Shown here in pieces: positions 52,081-64,000 of a stretch of 64,000 bases of DNA; the first letter of the stretch is position 1, and the number at the start of each line of letters is the position of its first letter. The stretch is from Octopus sinensis (Eukaryota), in contig NC_042998.1 in the NCBI RefSeq assembly GCF_006345805.1, positions 67,828,001-67,892,000 on the forward strand. Reading direction: 5' to 3'. Both the position numbers and the translations under genes were made by a program. The notes under the pieces are model-generated. The model made no database searches, was not told the origin of the DNA, and saw only the letters and a list, made by a program, of their open reading frames with translations.

Positions 52081-53779
52081 TCTATATGCGTTTGTGATAT
52101 TGGAATATTATTCTGCACGCAACGATTTTATTTCCCCATAAATAGAGAAGAAAGATGTTGCTTAGAATATTTCTCTGCGAATTTATCCACTAATAACAAA
52201 GTTATTGACTTGAACACCTTAAACCTCATATTAAGCGGAGCACTGAAGTAAATTCCAATCCTAAAATCGATGAGAAACTTCTCTGAAGATTTTTATACCG
52301 TTCCTTACTGATCGGAATACTACGTTTCCAACATGATAAATTGAAGAGGAGGATGTTTGGTTTGTAATCGAGACAATAAACGCTATCGAAATTAGTTGAT
52401 ATTCATTAAACAGTCATTTGCCAAGTGAAGAAAGATAATACTCTTTATATAAAGAAAAAGAAATTCAACGAAAATACCCTGGCGAATATTGGGTTTCCGA
52501 ACAGCTTCTAATGAATAGCTTATACTCAACAGTAAATAGTCTTCTAGAATGAAATAAACGACAGTTGGAAATTCTCGCGAGAAATCAACTTTTGTAATGA
52601 TTGACCAAAAGTCAAAATTATAAAATTAGATATAAAAATACAAAGCTTAACAAAAATACCATTACTAATAATGTAATCTTCTGAAATTGATTTGCTATTG
52701 TTGATGTATATTTTATTTTTTATCTAATATCAATAATGTATTGAATATAAAGAAACCAAGGCAGCTGAGAGTGTCAACATGCATATGTATTTTATAATTC
52801 TACACATAGAATCTGTAGAATCGATTCTCAATAAAGGCAAAATAATTCGTATTAGGAATAAAATGACGCAAACCAATAATTTTACATAAATCTTTCCCCG
52901 TGATTTTTTCTTTTAATTCCTTTTTTAATTCTGAAAATTTTAATTTTCATTTGCCAAATGAAAAACGTGTAATAAGGGTTGTGGATGGGAGGTGGGATGA
53001 GGTGTAAATGATTTCGATTTATCTGCATATTAAAACAAGTTTTTGTGAATTCCCTGTGTAATTTATGGCAATCACAACTTTAAAAATAGATCTCGTTCTG
53101 CCATTCTGAGTGCAAATAACCGATAAAAAAACATAAAAGAAATTTTCGAAATATTTCTAATGTCTAAATTGTTCGAATTTCGATAGAAAAATCAACCATA
53201 ACCTTTCACCTAATACTTACGTATAGATCAATGACTTCATTTTATTATATAGTTCGCCATTCTTTCTGTTACCGCTTTTTCTCTTTACGACATATTGTGC
53301 CACACAGTTATGTACCCCCTGTCTTTTTCCGTCGTTGCTCCTAAAACCAGAATTTCATTCCTAAAATTTTATTCGTGGTGAAAACCAATAAGCATTTTCT
53401 TTCGATTTCTTTGATTATTTTTGCAACTGCTGAAACTCAACGAATTTAAACTAGAACATTTTAGTTTGTCTAACAATATAACCCCCTAATCAAAATGCAG
53501 TAAGTTACTGGAAATGTTACAGTGACATACACCATACATTGTAGTGTTTAGCAGTATGCTAATATAGATATTCTGAATTCGTATCTCACCAGTGCCGTAT
53601 TTTCTTTGCAATCCGTCAACTTCAGTGATTCTCTACATATTTTTTTAACTACGACTCCTTTTGTTCTTATTTTACTCACGGGTTGAGTTCCTCATAGTCA
53701 TTCCATATCTAAAAAAAAAACACCTATTAAATCGTTATGATTAAATAGTATATATTTCATGTATTATAGAGGTATAACC

Positions 53780-54090
53780 AGATAATTGTACAAGAGCCAA
53801 GAGCTCGTGTGAGGAGCAAAATTGAGTGCTGTTCCCCCTTCTAGAACAATGGACATACCGGACTGCATCCAGAAGAAAGTCACTCGATTAGCTGGGACTC
53901 ATCCACTAAAGGAGAAACTCCAGTCTCTGCCTTCCAATCGTACTCTCTCTTCTATCCCTTTTTACCTCTCACTACACTTCTATCCTCTGTTTCTTAGATA
54001 TGGCTAGCTTCGTACTTTTATTGCACAGGCATCTCCAACTATCACCTCTTCCTGCCTCTCATCGCTCTTGGTGCTGTGAACATACTGGGC
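53780..54090 (+). mobile_element. Old LINE ORF2 C-terminal remnant (CR1/Jockey group)
   Basis: VRSKIECCSP, DCIQKKVTRLAG..LQSL..RTLSS, MASFV. Confidence 0.6.
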
Positions 54091-54169
54091 TCCGCAATAA
54101 ACCTTATACCCAGGTTCCCTACCACGCATACACATACACAAGCACACACGGCATTGATTCTCTGTATAT

Positions 54170-54330
54170 ATTTATGACGGGCTTCTTCAGTTTCCGTCTA
54201 CGAGATGCACTGACAAAGGCATTGATCGGCCCGAGGGTATAGTAGAATTCACTTGCCCAAAGTACCACGCAGTGGGACTGAACCTGGAACCATGTGGTGG
54301 TTTGGATTCAACAGCCACTCTTGCGCCTAT
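54170..54330 (-). mobile_element. SINE family A, 5' part
   Basis: gacgggcttcttcagtttccgtcta..cacgcagtgggactgaacctggaaccatgtgg..cagccactcttgcgcct. Confidence 0.85.
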
Positions 54331-55369
54331 ATTATATATCAATGGTAATTTTTTTCATTGATTACATTTTTTTCTGCCTTTTGTTGAATGTACGAAATGT
54401 TATCAGTGTCTATGATATTCAGACATTATTAAATTTAGCTTAGGTATACAAAAACCTGTATTGGTATCAACAAGGCTGTATAGGCTTCAAAGACAATATG
54501 AAAAATTACTGGAAGCCAACTGTGGTTTGGAGAATTCAGTGAAGTTAATCATAATTTCAATTATCAACTATTGCTTTATTACTATAAATGCAAGGAAATA
54601 CCAATACAGACCGATTCTCATCTGTATTTTAGACAGAATGATAAATTCGGGGTTAAATAAACAAAATCACTTGACCTCAGACTTAACTTCACATTCATTA
54701 TGATGTCAACTAAAGTGGAAATCAGATAGTTTATTAAGGAAATTAGATGAAATCTTAGGAGAATACCTCTCTGATATATCTGGTTGTTTAATAATGAAGC
54801 AAAGTTTGGTTAGATATAATTCAATAATTTATACTAATATTTGTCGATCGACTAAGTTGGGATATTATTTACCCTTCTGACTGTTATGTTTTATTTCAAT
54901 ATTGATAAATTACAATATATAAGCGATCAGTTATCGTATTTCCGTCTAATGACAGGTTCGTGTCCTTATTGCTGCTTGCTACGTTTATAAGTTTCTAAGG
55001 TACTTTGGAAAAATAATTAAAATCACATTTAGGTCTCTTGCGCAAGTGTGCACTTCCTGGACCAATATGATAAAATCTAAGAAACTTGCAACTGAAAAAT
55101 GAATAATTCTGCTTCTAGAAATATAATATCTTTGAAAGAGTTAATGTTGGATTGAGTTAAGCGAAAACATTGATTTAACTTTTTGTTGTTGATGCTGTTC
55201 GATGGTGATGATGGTGAAGGTGATGATCATCATCATGTATTTTCTCATTGTCTATGTGTTTGTTGTTTGCCACCACAGACCACCTAAGACCAAAAACCAT
55301 CTAGCCGCAACCATTTCATTTTTTCTCAGATAATTCATATATTACCTAGTTGAGCAGCATTTCTTCTGT

Positions 55370-55530
55370 CTTAAGGTATGAGTTCAAATTCCACCGGCGT
55401 CGACTTGGCCTTCACTCTTTCGAGGTTGATAAAATAATAAATACCAGCTGAGCACTGGGGTTCGATATAATCAACTTACTCCCCTCCCTCGAAATCGCTG
55501 GCCTTGTGCCAAAATTTGAAACCAATATTA
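55370..55530 (+). mobile_element. SINE family O fragment
   Basis: gagttcaaattccaccggcgtcgacttggccttc..taccagctgagcactgggg. Confidence 0.75.
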
Positions 55531-55769
55531 GTTTTATTGTTAGTAATGATGTTGTTACTTTTGTATGTTTTGTTGCTTTTGTTATTGTATTTATTTATAC
55601 CTTGTTGCTTGTGCTGAAATCCACAATGTGGCAACCCGAGGTCATGTCCTGCTACATTCTTTTCAATTGTTGTAGATAATGCATCGGAAAGCCTCGAATG
55701 TGAAACACGAACATCAGTATGACTTGTTACTCTTCTTTATAATCAACCGCTAAAAAACCAATTAATCCT

Positions 55770-55975
55770 TTCTAATTTTGTTTCAAGGAGAGAAATTTTT
55801 AGGGAGGGGGAAGTCGATTGCATCAGCCCTAGTGCTCATCTGGTACTTAATTTCATCAACCCCGAAAAGGTAACTTCGGCTTTGGTGTTCTTGAACTTCG
55901 GACGTGAAGAACTAGAAATTCCTCTAAACATTTTGTGCCGCGCTGTAAAGACTCTAATAGCCGACCGCCTTTTGT
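55770..55975 (-). mobile_element. SINE family O fragment
   Basis: aagtcgattgcatcagccctagtgctcatctggtacttaattt..cccgaaaag..ttgaacttcggacgtgaaga. Confidence 0.7.
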
Positions 55976-58328
55976 ACAACCAATTAACTGCCAAATTCTT
56001 TCATTCATATTTTTAGCTTTGTAAGGTGTCTTAGGAATTAAAATAATATATAGTATTTAAATTTTCTTATGTGATTTATTTTGTAAATTATGATAAACTT
56101 TTCGAAAGCCCGAAATGGGGATCACTGAAAAAAAGAAAGCATATTTATCCTTTTCTATTGAATTGCAGTATCAAATGCGAATATGTATGAAATATTAATG
56201 AACCATATAGAAGGGAAATGCCAAAAACATGACGTTTTCAAAACAGACAATATTTTTGTAGTTCAAAAATTGTGATTTATGACATAAAAATCCTCTAGAA
56301 TTAGCCAGAGCTAATAATGACAAACTTTAATTACTAAATATTGTTAAACACACATCTGCATATGCAATGTACATAATCAATTCACTTTAAAAACAACGAA
56401 CAACAGGCCGTGAAACTATTTTTAGCAAATCCCCAAATTGGGCTCATGGGAGGCAATGGGTTAATATCCTTCACGTAGCATATTTCATATAATTCTATTT
56501 CTAAGTTCTGGCTATAGACATACTTTTCCTATTTTCACTAGACACTTCGCTTATAGCATTCCTTTGGGACTGACCGTAGCAGTCGATCATATCTAATATC
56601 TGCAAATATTATATACCAGTGTTACTTATTCTGCTAAATAATAAATTAAATTTTGACACGTCTATTGACACTTTGATTAAACTAAAATCATAGACGAAAA
56701 CCTGAAATAGATTGTACAGATGAGTGCAACGTAATGTGGCTGACATTAGAGCTATAAAATGAATTTAGGACACGTCACGCATCGTCATTTATGTCTGCAT
56801 AGATCATGGATGCAGCTTTAGATGGGTAAAGGGGTGATTATGACTCATTATTCACTCCAGCACTGATACTGGCGCTTGACCTCTCTACAACCACGTGGAT
56901 AAATAATGTTCTTTTAAACTACATTTTAAAGACTTACCATTGTGATCATAAATCTTTTGATAGGTAAAAGCTGAGATGTCGTTTATCATACATAAACCAT
57001 CAAAGCAAATTCCTCGATGCAAATGATTATTATTTTACTTCTCATTCATTGAAAATAGTACATTAATGTTTAATAATTCTAGACGTACATATCGGTGATT
57101 CATTCTTGTAACCTCTCAGTGGGGAAAAACGACCGAAAAGAATGTGCGACCTCGATTTATTTTGCTTTTTTTTTAAGAAAACGTAAACAAAAGTTATGAC
57201 GACAACACATGTTCCTGGCTTATTGATAATGTTGTCTAAATCGGGTCATCGATATTAAATTAATGCTACCGTATAGTCTCTCCACTGAGGGGATGATTTC
57301 GGACATTGCCACTATATTGTATTCGTGAAAGGATTATAATGAATCGAATCATCCCCCAGATATCACTGGTATTTAGGTTATTGCTCTCAGATGGATAAGA
57401 CGTAAAATATAATTTACCTTTCACCAGTGTTTTTCTTTTTAATTTAGAATATAGAAAGGCTGAATGATGATACCAACAAATAATAATACCAACAACACTA
57501 CGAAGAAAAACTAACCCATTTACTGTGAAGTCAATAGGTGTTACAACACCGGTTTCACGGATAAGATTTCTCATCATATCTGAGCCGTTTACAAAAGTAT
57601 TGTAACTGTATTCCTTCTGACCGTGTTCACTTCGTGTACTTCAAATAGTGAGGAGTGGCGAAAGAGCCAGGAAAATACATTAGTACAACCAGCCTAAACG
57701 AAAGCCAACGCCATAGTCAATGGAAATGAGAATAATAGAATCGATAATTTAGTAACTAGACCGAGAATGATAGAGATTTTAAAATTCCTTTGTCGTAATA
57801 AGCACGAAGAAAAAGCCAGCAGTACCTATTAATCACGCGCAAAATATTAAACGTGTCAATCAACCACTTAAAAATCAATTTACTCTAATATATAACCCCC
57901 GCCGAATATTTTATCACATGAAAAATAGAAAAAAAAAGAGAAGAAAGTCATAATTGCGTAGAAAAAGAAAATTTACTTGCATTCAAGAGAACTAATGATA
58001 GTTTGTGCTGTCAACAAAGAGCTATAACATTTGTAAAAGAAAGAATACATCGTGGGGTTAGAAGAAAATATGAGATTTGACAATTAAATGAGGCAAAGTC
58101 TGTTGGGAAAAACGTAATGGAAGTTTTATAGTAACGAAAAAGTAAAGAAAGAAGGGCGAATCAAGCGCTAATAAGGTTGAAAGATGAATGAATTACCTGT
58201 ACATATACACGTACAGATATAACGATGCAAACATATGTAAACATGAAACAATACATGCATATAACACATACATACATAATACACATATATATGTAGAGAA
58301 CATTTGAGAGCAGTATATACATATATAT

Positions 58329-58359
<31 letters not shown>

Positions 58360-58360
<1 letters not shown>

Positions 58361-58790
58361 GGGAGATTTTACGAAAAAAGCAACAAAAGACGAAGACAGG
58401 TGGTGTACAAAACAAACAGATGTATTAGTATAACGCTCAGGAATAGAAAAAGTCTTTTACGTTTCTAGCCTACGCTCTTCTACAGAAAAGGACACAGAAA
58501 AAAGGAGAGAAACAAGGAGAGAAAAAATGTGTATAGTGGCTAACGATCTATCATACCCATCTTCCCCTTGCCCTTCATCGTCAACCTTCGCCCATAAGCC
58601 CATCTCACCCCTACAAATTTCTACTCCACCTTCCCTATTCTTCCCATCCCACAAACCCTCTGCCTACCCACAAGCCCCACCTCAACCCCCACCCTCTGCC
58701 TAACCCACTCACCAGCACTGACCAATTCACATCCTCACGTTTTAACGCCTACACATACACACACGCACACGTCAAGATCACCAGCTCTCT
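58360..58790 (-). mobile_element. TA-embedded element (probable Penelope 3'/pLTR-derived) with a hammerhead-like motif at 58452-58494
   Basis: Minus strand gtcctttt-CTGTAGA-A-GAGC-gtag-GCTA-GAAAC-GTA-aaagac. Confidence 0.6.
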
Positions 58791-58827
58791 TTCACACACA
58801 CACATACACACACACACACACACATGT

Positions 58828-58859
<32 letters not shown>

Positions 58860-59135
58860 TTGTCCTAACGCTCGAAATGTGGAGTAGATAAATCAGTGGA
58901 CAACTGACGAAGGGATTGTTCTTTATGTTGCCTGTCTTGTTTTTCTATTTGTTTCTTTCATTGTTCGCAAAAAGTTCGCTTTCCATGTTTTTGTTCTTGT
59001 TTTTCATGTTGTTTACGTTTTTTGACGTCCTGTATCCATATATGCATGTTTATATACATATGAATGTAAGTATGTACATGTATGTATGTATAAATGCATA
59101 TATATATTTATATTATTATTATCATATCTATATAT

Positions 59136-59214
<79 letters not shown>

Positions 59215-59218
<4 letters not shown>

Positions 59219-59420
59219 TAAAAAAAAACGACGAACAAACACAAGAAATAAATAAGAACGTGAGGACGTGGTACATGCAAAGTATTAACGGATGCTCAGT
59301 GAAGGAAAAAAAGATGGTTTTACGTTTCAAGCAAAATTCTTCCTCAGAAACAGGAGACAGTGGAGACGATGCTCCTCTTGTTTATAACCCCCAGAAAGGC
59401 TTCACTGAAAAAAGCATATA
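59215..59420 (-). mobile_element. TA/GA-embedded short element with a minimal hammerhead motif (59317-59351)
   Basis: Minus strand gttt-CTGAGGA-A-gaattttgctt-GAAAC-GTA-aaac; flanks homologous to 49381-49504. Confidence 0.62.
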
Positions 59421-59682
59421 GTATTTTGTGTCTGGAATGAGTTCTTATCACTAGCTGGTGATTATCACACACTGGTGACGAGTTACCTCCAGAAATCCGG
59501 GTCTGTGTGCATCACGTAAGGCTAGAGATGGGAACGATGATTTCCCTTCGCAAATACTAATCAGACTCAGGCAGTGTCTCGTTAGTCAGTTATCCTGAGA
59601 TGTCATCCTGAAGCTATAGCAACAGTAACATTGTCCCCTATCGCAGCGTCAAATTTAGGTGGCAAATATACTTCACGATTTT

Positions 59683-59890
59683 AAGGCAGCGAGCTGGCAG
59701 AAATGTTAGTACGCCGGGCGAAATGCATAGCGGTATTTCGTTTGTCTTTACGTTCTCAGTTCAAATTCCGCCGAGGTCGACTTTGCCTTTCATCCTTTCG
59801 GGGTCGAAAAATTAAGTACCAGTCACGTACAGGGGTCAATCTAATCGACTGGCCCCCACCTCTCCCAAAATTTCGTGACTTGTGCCCAGC
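59683..59890 (+). mobile_element. SINE family O
   Basis: aaggcagcgagctggcagaaatgttagtacgccgggcgaaatgc..gttcaaattccgccgaggtcgactttgcctttcatcc. Confidence 0.9.
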
Positions 59891-59901
59891 GTAAATATAT
59901 A

Positions 59902-59961
<60 letters not shown>

Positions 59962-59989
59962 TATATATACATATATATATATACTTTTC

Positions 59990-60330
59990 TTCTTTTGCTT
60001 GTTTCAGTCATTTGACTGCGGCCATGCTAGAACACTGCCTTCAGTCGAACAAATCGACCCGAGGACTTACTCTTTGTAAGCCTAGTACTTATTATATAGG
60101 TTACGGGGACGTAAACACACAAACATAGGCTATCAAGTGATGGTGGTACGACAGAGACACACAAATACATACATATATATATAAGTGACGGGCTTCTTTT
60201 ATTTTCCATCTGCCAAATCCACTCAGAGACTATAGAAGCGGACACATGACCAAGATGCCACGCAATGGGACTGAACCTGAAACCATGTGGTTGGGAAGCC
60301 ACCTTCTTACCACAAACCACTACGCGTGTG
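59990..60330 (-). mobile_element. SINE family A
   Basis: Reverse-complement match to 27522-27905. Confidence 0.88.
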
Positions 60331-60671
60331 TAGGTGTCTGTGTATATATATATATGTGTGTGTGTGAGTGTGTCTGCATCTATGCATACGTTGGATGAGT
60401 ACACATCCTAATCTTGGGGTGGGGCGGAAGAGGAACAGATGGAATAAATAAAATAATTGTTATGGGAGGAGTTATACAAACCAGAAATTTTTGTTACATC
60501 TGATTGTATTTTACAATAAGACATACTTTTCTTTTAAAAATTAGAAATCATTTCATCACTTGGGGTAAACGTCAAGAGATTTCATGAGAGTTAAATCATA
60601 GTAGCTGTATGTGTGCAATATTGGGCAAAACTATATTCATAAACCTAACCGCCATTTGACTACCCGTTACA

Positions 60672-61415
60672 TTAATGGGGCTAATGCAGTTTCGCACCTC
60701 TCCTTGAAAAATGCAGTTTTTTGAAAAATATTTTTGGATTCCTACGTTTTAGACGTCGGAGATTACGAATATGCAAAAAAAAAAGAATAATAATTGCGCC
60801 CCCACCCACCTCTTCCACATCATCTCAAGTTAAAATGTTTGAGTTTGTTTACTTTAAAGAGATCGTAGCGAATTGATGAACATATGCAAATCGAAACTAG
60901 GTGATAAATTAAATCCAGACAAAAACATTAAATTGAAAAGAATTTGCGTTTTACTTGTGTAAATAAGAATTTAATGTAAATTAAATACACCATTTTATGG
61001 GAAACAATCAGTGTTATAAATTTTAATAAGAGGCTCAAATTTCACCCCCAATTTTGAATTTTAAACTTTTTCGTCCTTTTATTTATTTATTTGTCAATTT
61101 ATTTATCCCTGTTTGTAAACTAAATACGGCGGTCCTATAGCCTCAGGAAGACATTCATATCTATTTATCTCTTTATACACATATCTATATGCTTATCGAA
61201 TTAAAAAATTTGAAAACGTGGTTTCTTGCATATTCAGAATCTCATTCATCTAAAACATAAGGGGAAAAAATTTCGAAAATCTTCAAAATTTTAGGAGTGC
61301 GGTGGTGGTGGGTGTTAAATTTTTATTTATATCTAAAACGTAGTAATCCGAAAAAACTTTTTTTAAAAATGCATTTTTCAAGGAGAGGTGCGAAACTGTA
61401 TTAGCTCCACATTAA
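60672..61415. mobile_element. Non-autonomous DNA transposon with ~80-bp imperfect TIRs, TTAA at both ends
   Basis: 60672-60753 versus the reverse complement of 61332-61415; the core cagtttcgcacctctccttgaaaaatgca is identical. Superfamily not assigned. Confidence 0.75.
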
Positions 61416-61437
61416 ATTTTAATAGAGTACCTACAAC

Positions 61438-61731
61438 CAGTGGTGGAATGGGTCTAAACATATTAGTTGCCAGGAAACTAAGGGGGTCCACCTGCAACTA
61501 CAATGCTATCGTTTAATTTTTTTTTTTTTTTGTTAAAGGTATTCTTTGCAACTGTCTACAAACACAGCCAAGCTGAAATAATTATTGCATTCTTCCAGGA
61601 ATGAATAACGAATTCACATACTTGAAGCGATGGGCCTCTTAGATACTAACATGGGCCCCATATATGGATTCTAATGGCGCAGAGACCCACTTGCCATTGG
61701 GCAAGCTAGCAACCTGCCCAGTCCGCCACTG
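61438..61731. mobile_element. hAT-type MITE
   Basis: TIRs cagtggtggaatgggt / cagtggcggactgggc (13 of 16 match); 8-bp TSD cctacaac / cctactac (7 of 8). Confidence 0.75.
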
Positions 61732-62388
61732 CCTACTACCAAATTAAATATGCAACACTATGTGTTTATACGATATTGCACGCTGCATTTTGTTTTCAAA
61801 TTTATACCCCACTATCTAGATGTGTACTATACATGGTAAATTATTGTACACGTAGGCATTTAAGCTTTATTTTCATCTTGCAGAATGTGTACCTTGAAAT
61901 TATATAAAATGATATATTTGTGTATATCTGGATGTGCTGTGCAACATATCTTCTGACAATGTGTTTAATTTCTTCTTTTCCTGTGGACATTCTGCTTGGT
62001 TTTCTTACTCTTTGAATTATAGAGAAATATTTCCTTCAAAGAAGTCATTGCTTGAGGGAAGTAGCAACTACATCAACGAAATGACTCGATTCACTCAACA
62101 AACAGGGGAAGAGATGAAGAGACAGAGAGAGAGGCAGAGAAACACATGAAGAGAGAGAGAGAGAGAAAGAATGTCAGTAAAAGAGAATGAAAATCAGAGT
62201 TAATACTATCTTGTGATATTGACTTGTTCTAGTAAACTATTTACCTACACAAACACACACATATATAAATTGAGAGGTTTACTTATATATGTGCGTGTGT
62301 GTCTCTGTGTGTGTAATTTATGTATATTCTTGATGAAGCCATACCGATATTTCACCATTTACTTTATATTTTTCTTTTATGCTTGCAG

Positions 62389-62603
62389 GAAGACACTTTA
62401 GTGTTGGAATTAGCTCCACGAATTCATCATGAGTGTGAAGCCATGTTAAGCCTCCTTGACCATTATAACTGGACCGACTTCACCATAATAACGACACAGG
62501 CCGACGGCTACAGTGAATTCACCTACACTTTACGGAGGCTTGCCAAAAAATACAGTAAAACCTATTCGCCAGATGTAATCCAACACATTCAGTTTGAAAA
62601 AAA
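62389..62603 (+). CDS. Internal coding exon of an NMDA-type ionotropic glutamate receptor (GluN2-like), amino-terminal domain
   Basis: Pyrimidine tract plus ttgcag acceptor ending at 62388 (phase 0); donor AA|gtaaat (phase 2). Peptide EDTLVLELAPRIHHECEAMLSLLDHYNWTDFTIITTQADGYSEF resembles the GluN2 ATD pattern LQLAPSIEHQ..AML.IL..Y.W..F.VVT....G..DF (recalled, not searched). Paralogue not determined. Confidence 0.8.
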
Positions 62604-62809
62604 GTAAATATTCGTTTTACCATTATATATATAACATATTGTACATATATACACACACACCGAATGTTTAGGCATACCGACAAGTATGCATTTACAGATA
62701 TATGTATGTGTGTATGTATGTATGTATGTATGTATGTATGTATGTATGTATGTATGTATGTATATGTGTGTGTATGCATGTGTGAATATATATATGTGTG
62801 TGTGTGTGA

Positions 62810-62854
<45 letters not shown>

Positions 62855-63360
62855 ATATATCAGTCAGGCGCGGAGGTGTTTATACTTGTGTATGTGTAAC
62901 CATTTTATTCTTTATTTATTCATGTTATTTATTTAACTATGTTTGAACTTCAGAAATTTTTTTTTTATTTTGTTAAATTCTTGACTTCTCTATCAAATTT
63001 CGTTATCTATTTTACTTTTATTTTTTATTCAACATTAAAAAAACGAAGTGTGATAACATTTTCTTGACGGGTCTATCTCAAATTCGATTTTATTTTTTTT
63101 TTTTTTGTGTGTGTATGTTTGTCGTTCTTGTTATTCGAGTTTTTGTTAGTACTATTATTGTTGTTATTTAGAAACATATTCCTCAGACTTTTCTTTCAAA
63201 TTTCCAAATTTTCAAACGTTTATTTGTTGATATTGATATATTCTCTTTTCTTTTCTTTTTTCTTATCTATATTTCATTCATTGATAGTTCGGGTGCTTAT
63301 TCTAGTGCGTTAAAAATTCGTTAAGAGAGAGTAGGATAACATATTTTATCAATATTGATA

Positions 63361-63625
63361 TTAAGGGCCCACAGCTCCTCAAGAGCCTGACAGACCTGTA
63401 TGGTGCGGATATAGATTTCTTAAAAAAAAAATAAATAACAGATCTCCTCCTGTCAAGGCTTCCGGATGAACCTACATAACGGCAGGAAACGCAGATAAGG
63501 GCAGCAGCATGAAATTCCCTTATTCACCAATTGCCTCATATCGGAGAAGGTTTCAGGTAGTGAGGGAGTGGAAAATGTAACTGTGGTACCCCAGCATGGT
63601 CACAGCTTTTGAGCTAAAACTAGTT
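63361..63625 (+). mobile_element. CR1/L2-group LINE 3' end, degenerate
   Basis: aagggcccacagctc..ccggatgaacctac..cagcatggtcacagcttttgagctaaaactag; homologous to 23241-23525. Confidence 0.8.
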
Positions 63626-64000
63626 AAAGAGTTGAGAAGCTATAACTTAACCAATTATAATATATTTATTGAAATTGTACGAACATCGAGACTGATTTTA
63701 AGCCCACAAAAAATCTCACTCTACAGATCATATTGTAGGTGTCTTAATCCGTTTTTCTAAAAATGAGGTCATTTCAAGAGAATCCAACGGTATAGGTTTA
63801 CAAATATTGATCTCTAGCATCACAGTTACTTTCAAGTATTGAAGACAAAATTAGCGTTACCAAAATATATTGAATTATCGTTCTTTAGTATCTAGAGAAG
63901 GACATCTGTCAGTCGTTAGTGACTTCATTTCCTGGAGCTACTGCTTCAGAAAACCTTTGACAAATAATGAAATCCCCACGCGCGCGCGCAAACACACACA

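Noticed and set aside
58861-59040. gctcGAAATGT and CTGACGAaggga words on the + strand
   Set aside because: The pieces do not assemble into one fold; at most a truncated relative of the minimal-hammerhead family.

Overview
AT-rich, microsatellite-dense eukaryotic DNA. The SINE families, recognised from memory and not by search, suggest an Octopus genome. No prokaryotic features and no CRISPR array are present. Nearly all ORFs in the supplied track are translations of (TA)n, (TG)n or trinucleotide repeats. One host coding exon is well supported: 62389-62603 (+), encoding part of the amino-terminal domain of an NMDA-type (GluN2-like) glutamate receptor. The rest is intron or intergenic DNA filled with tRNA-derived SINEs, CR1-group and RTE LINE remnants, a Penelope RT/GIY-YIG remnant, Tc1/mariner remnants, MITEs and a Helitron-like element. 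The most interesting signal is a set of hammerhead ribozyme motifs in short elements embedded in microsatellites. One type I hammerhead folds almost canonically at 30246-30294, with a near-identical sister at 24516-24564; both lie on the same strand as the receptor exon. A second family of minimal, Penelope-style hammerheads lies on the minus strand (24213, 49474, 58452, 59317). Several long near-perfect inverted repeats are also present, including a perfect 84-bp hairpin at 40190-40362. Boundaries of old repeats are approximate; all alignments and folds were done by eye.
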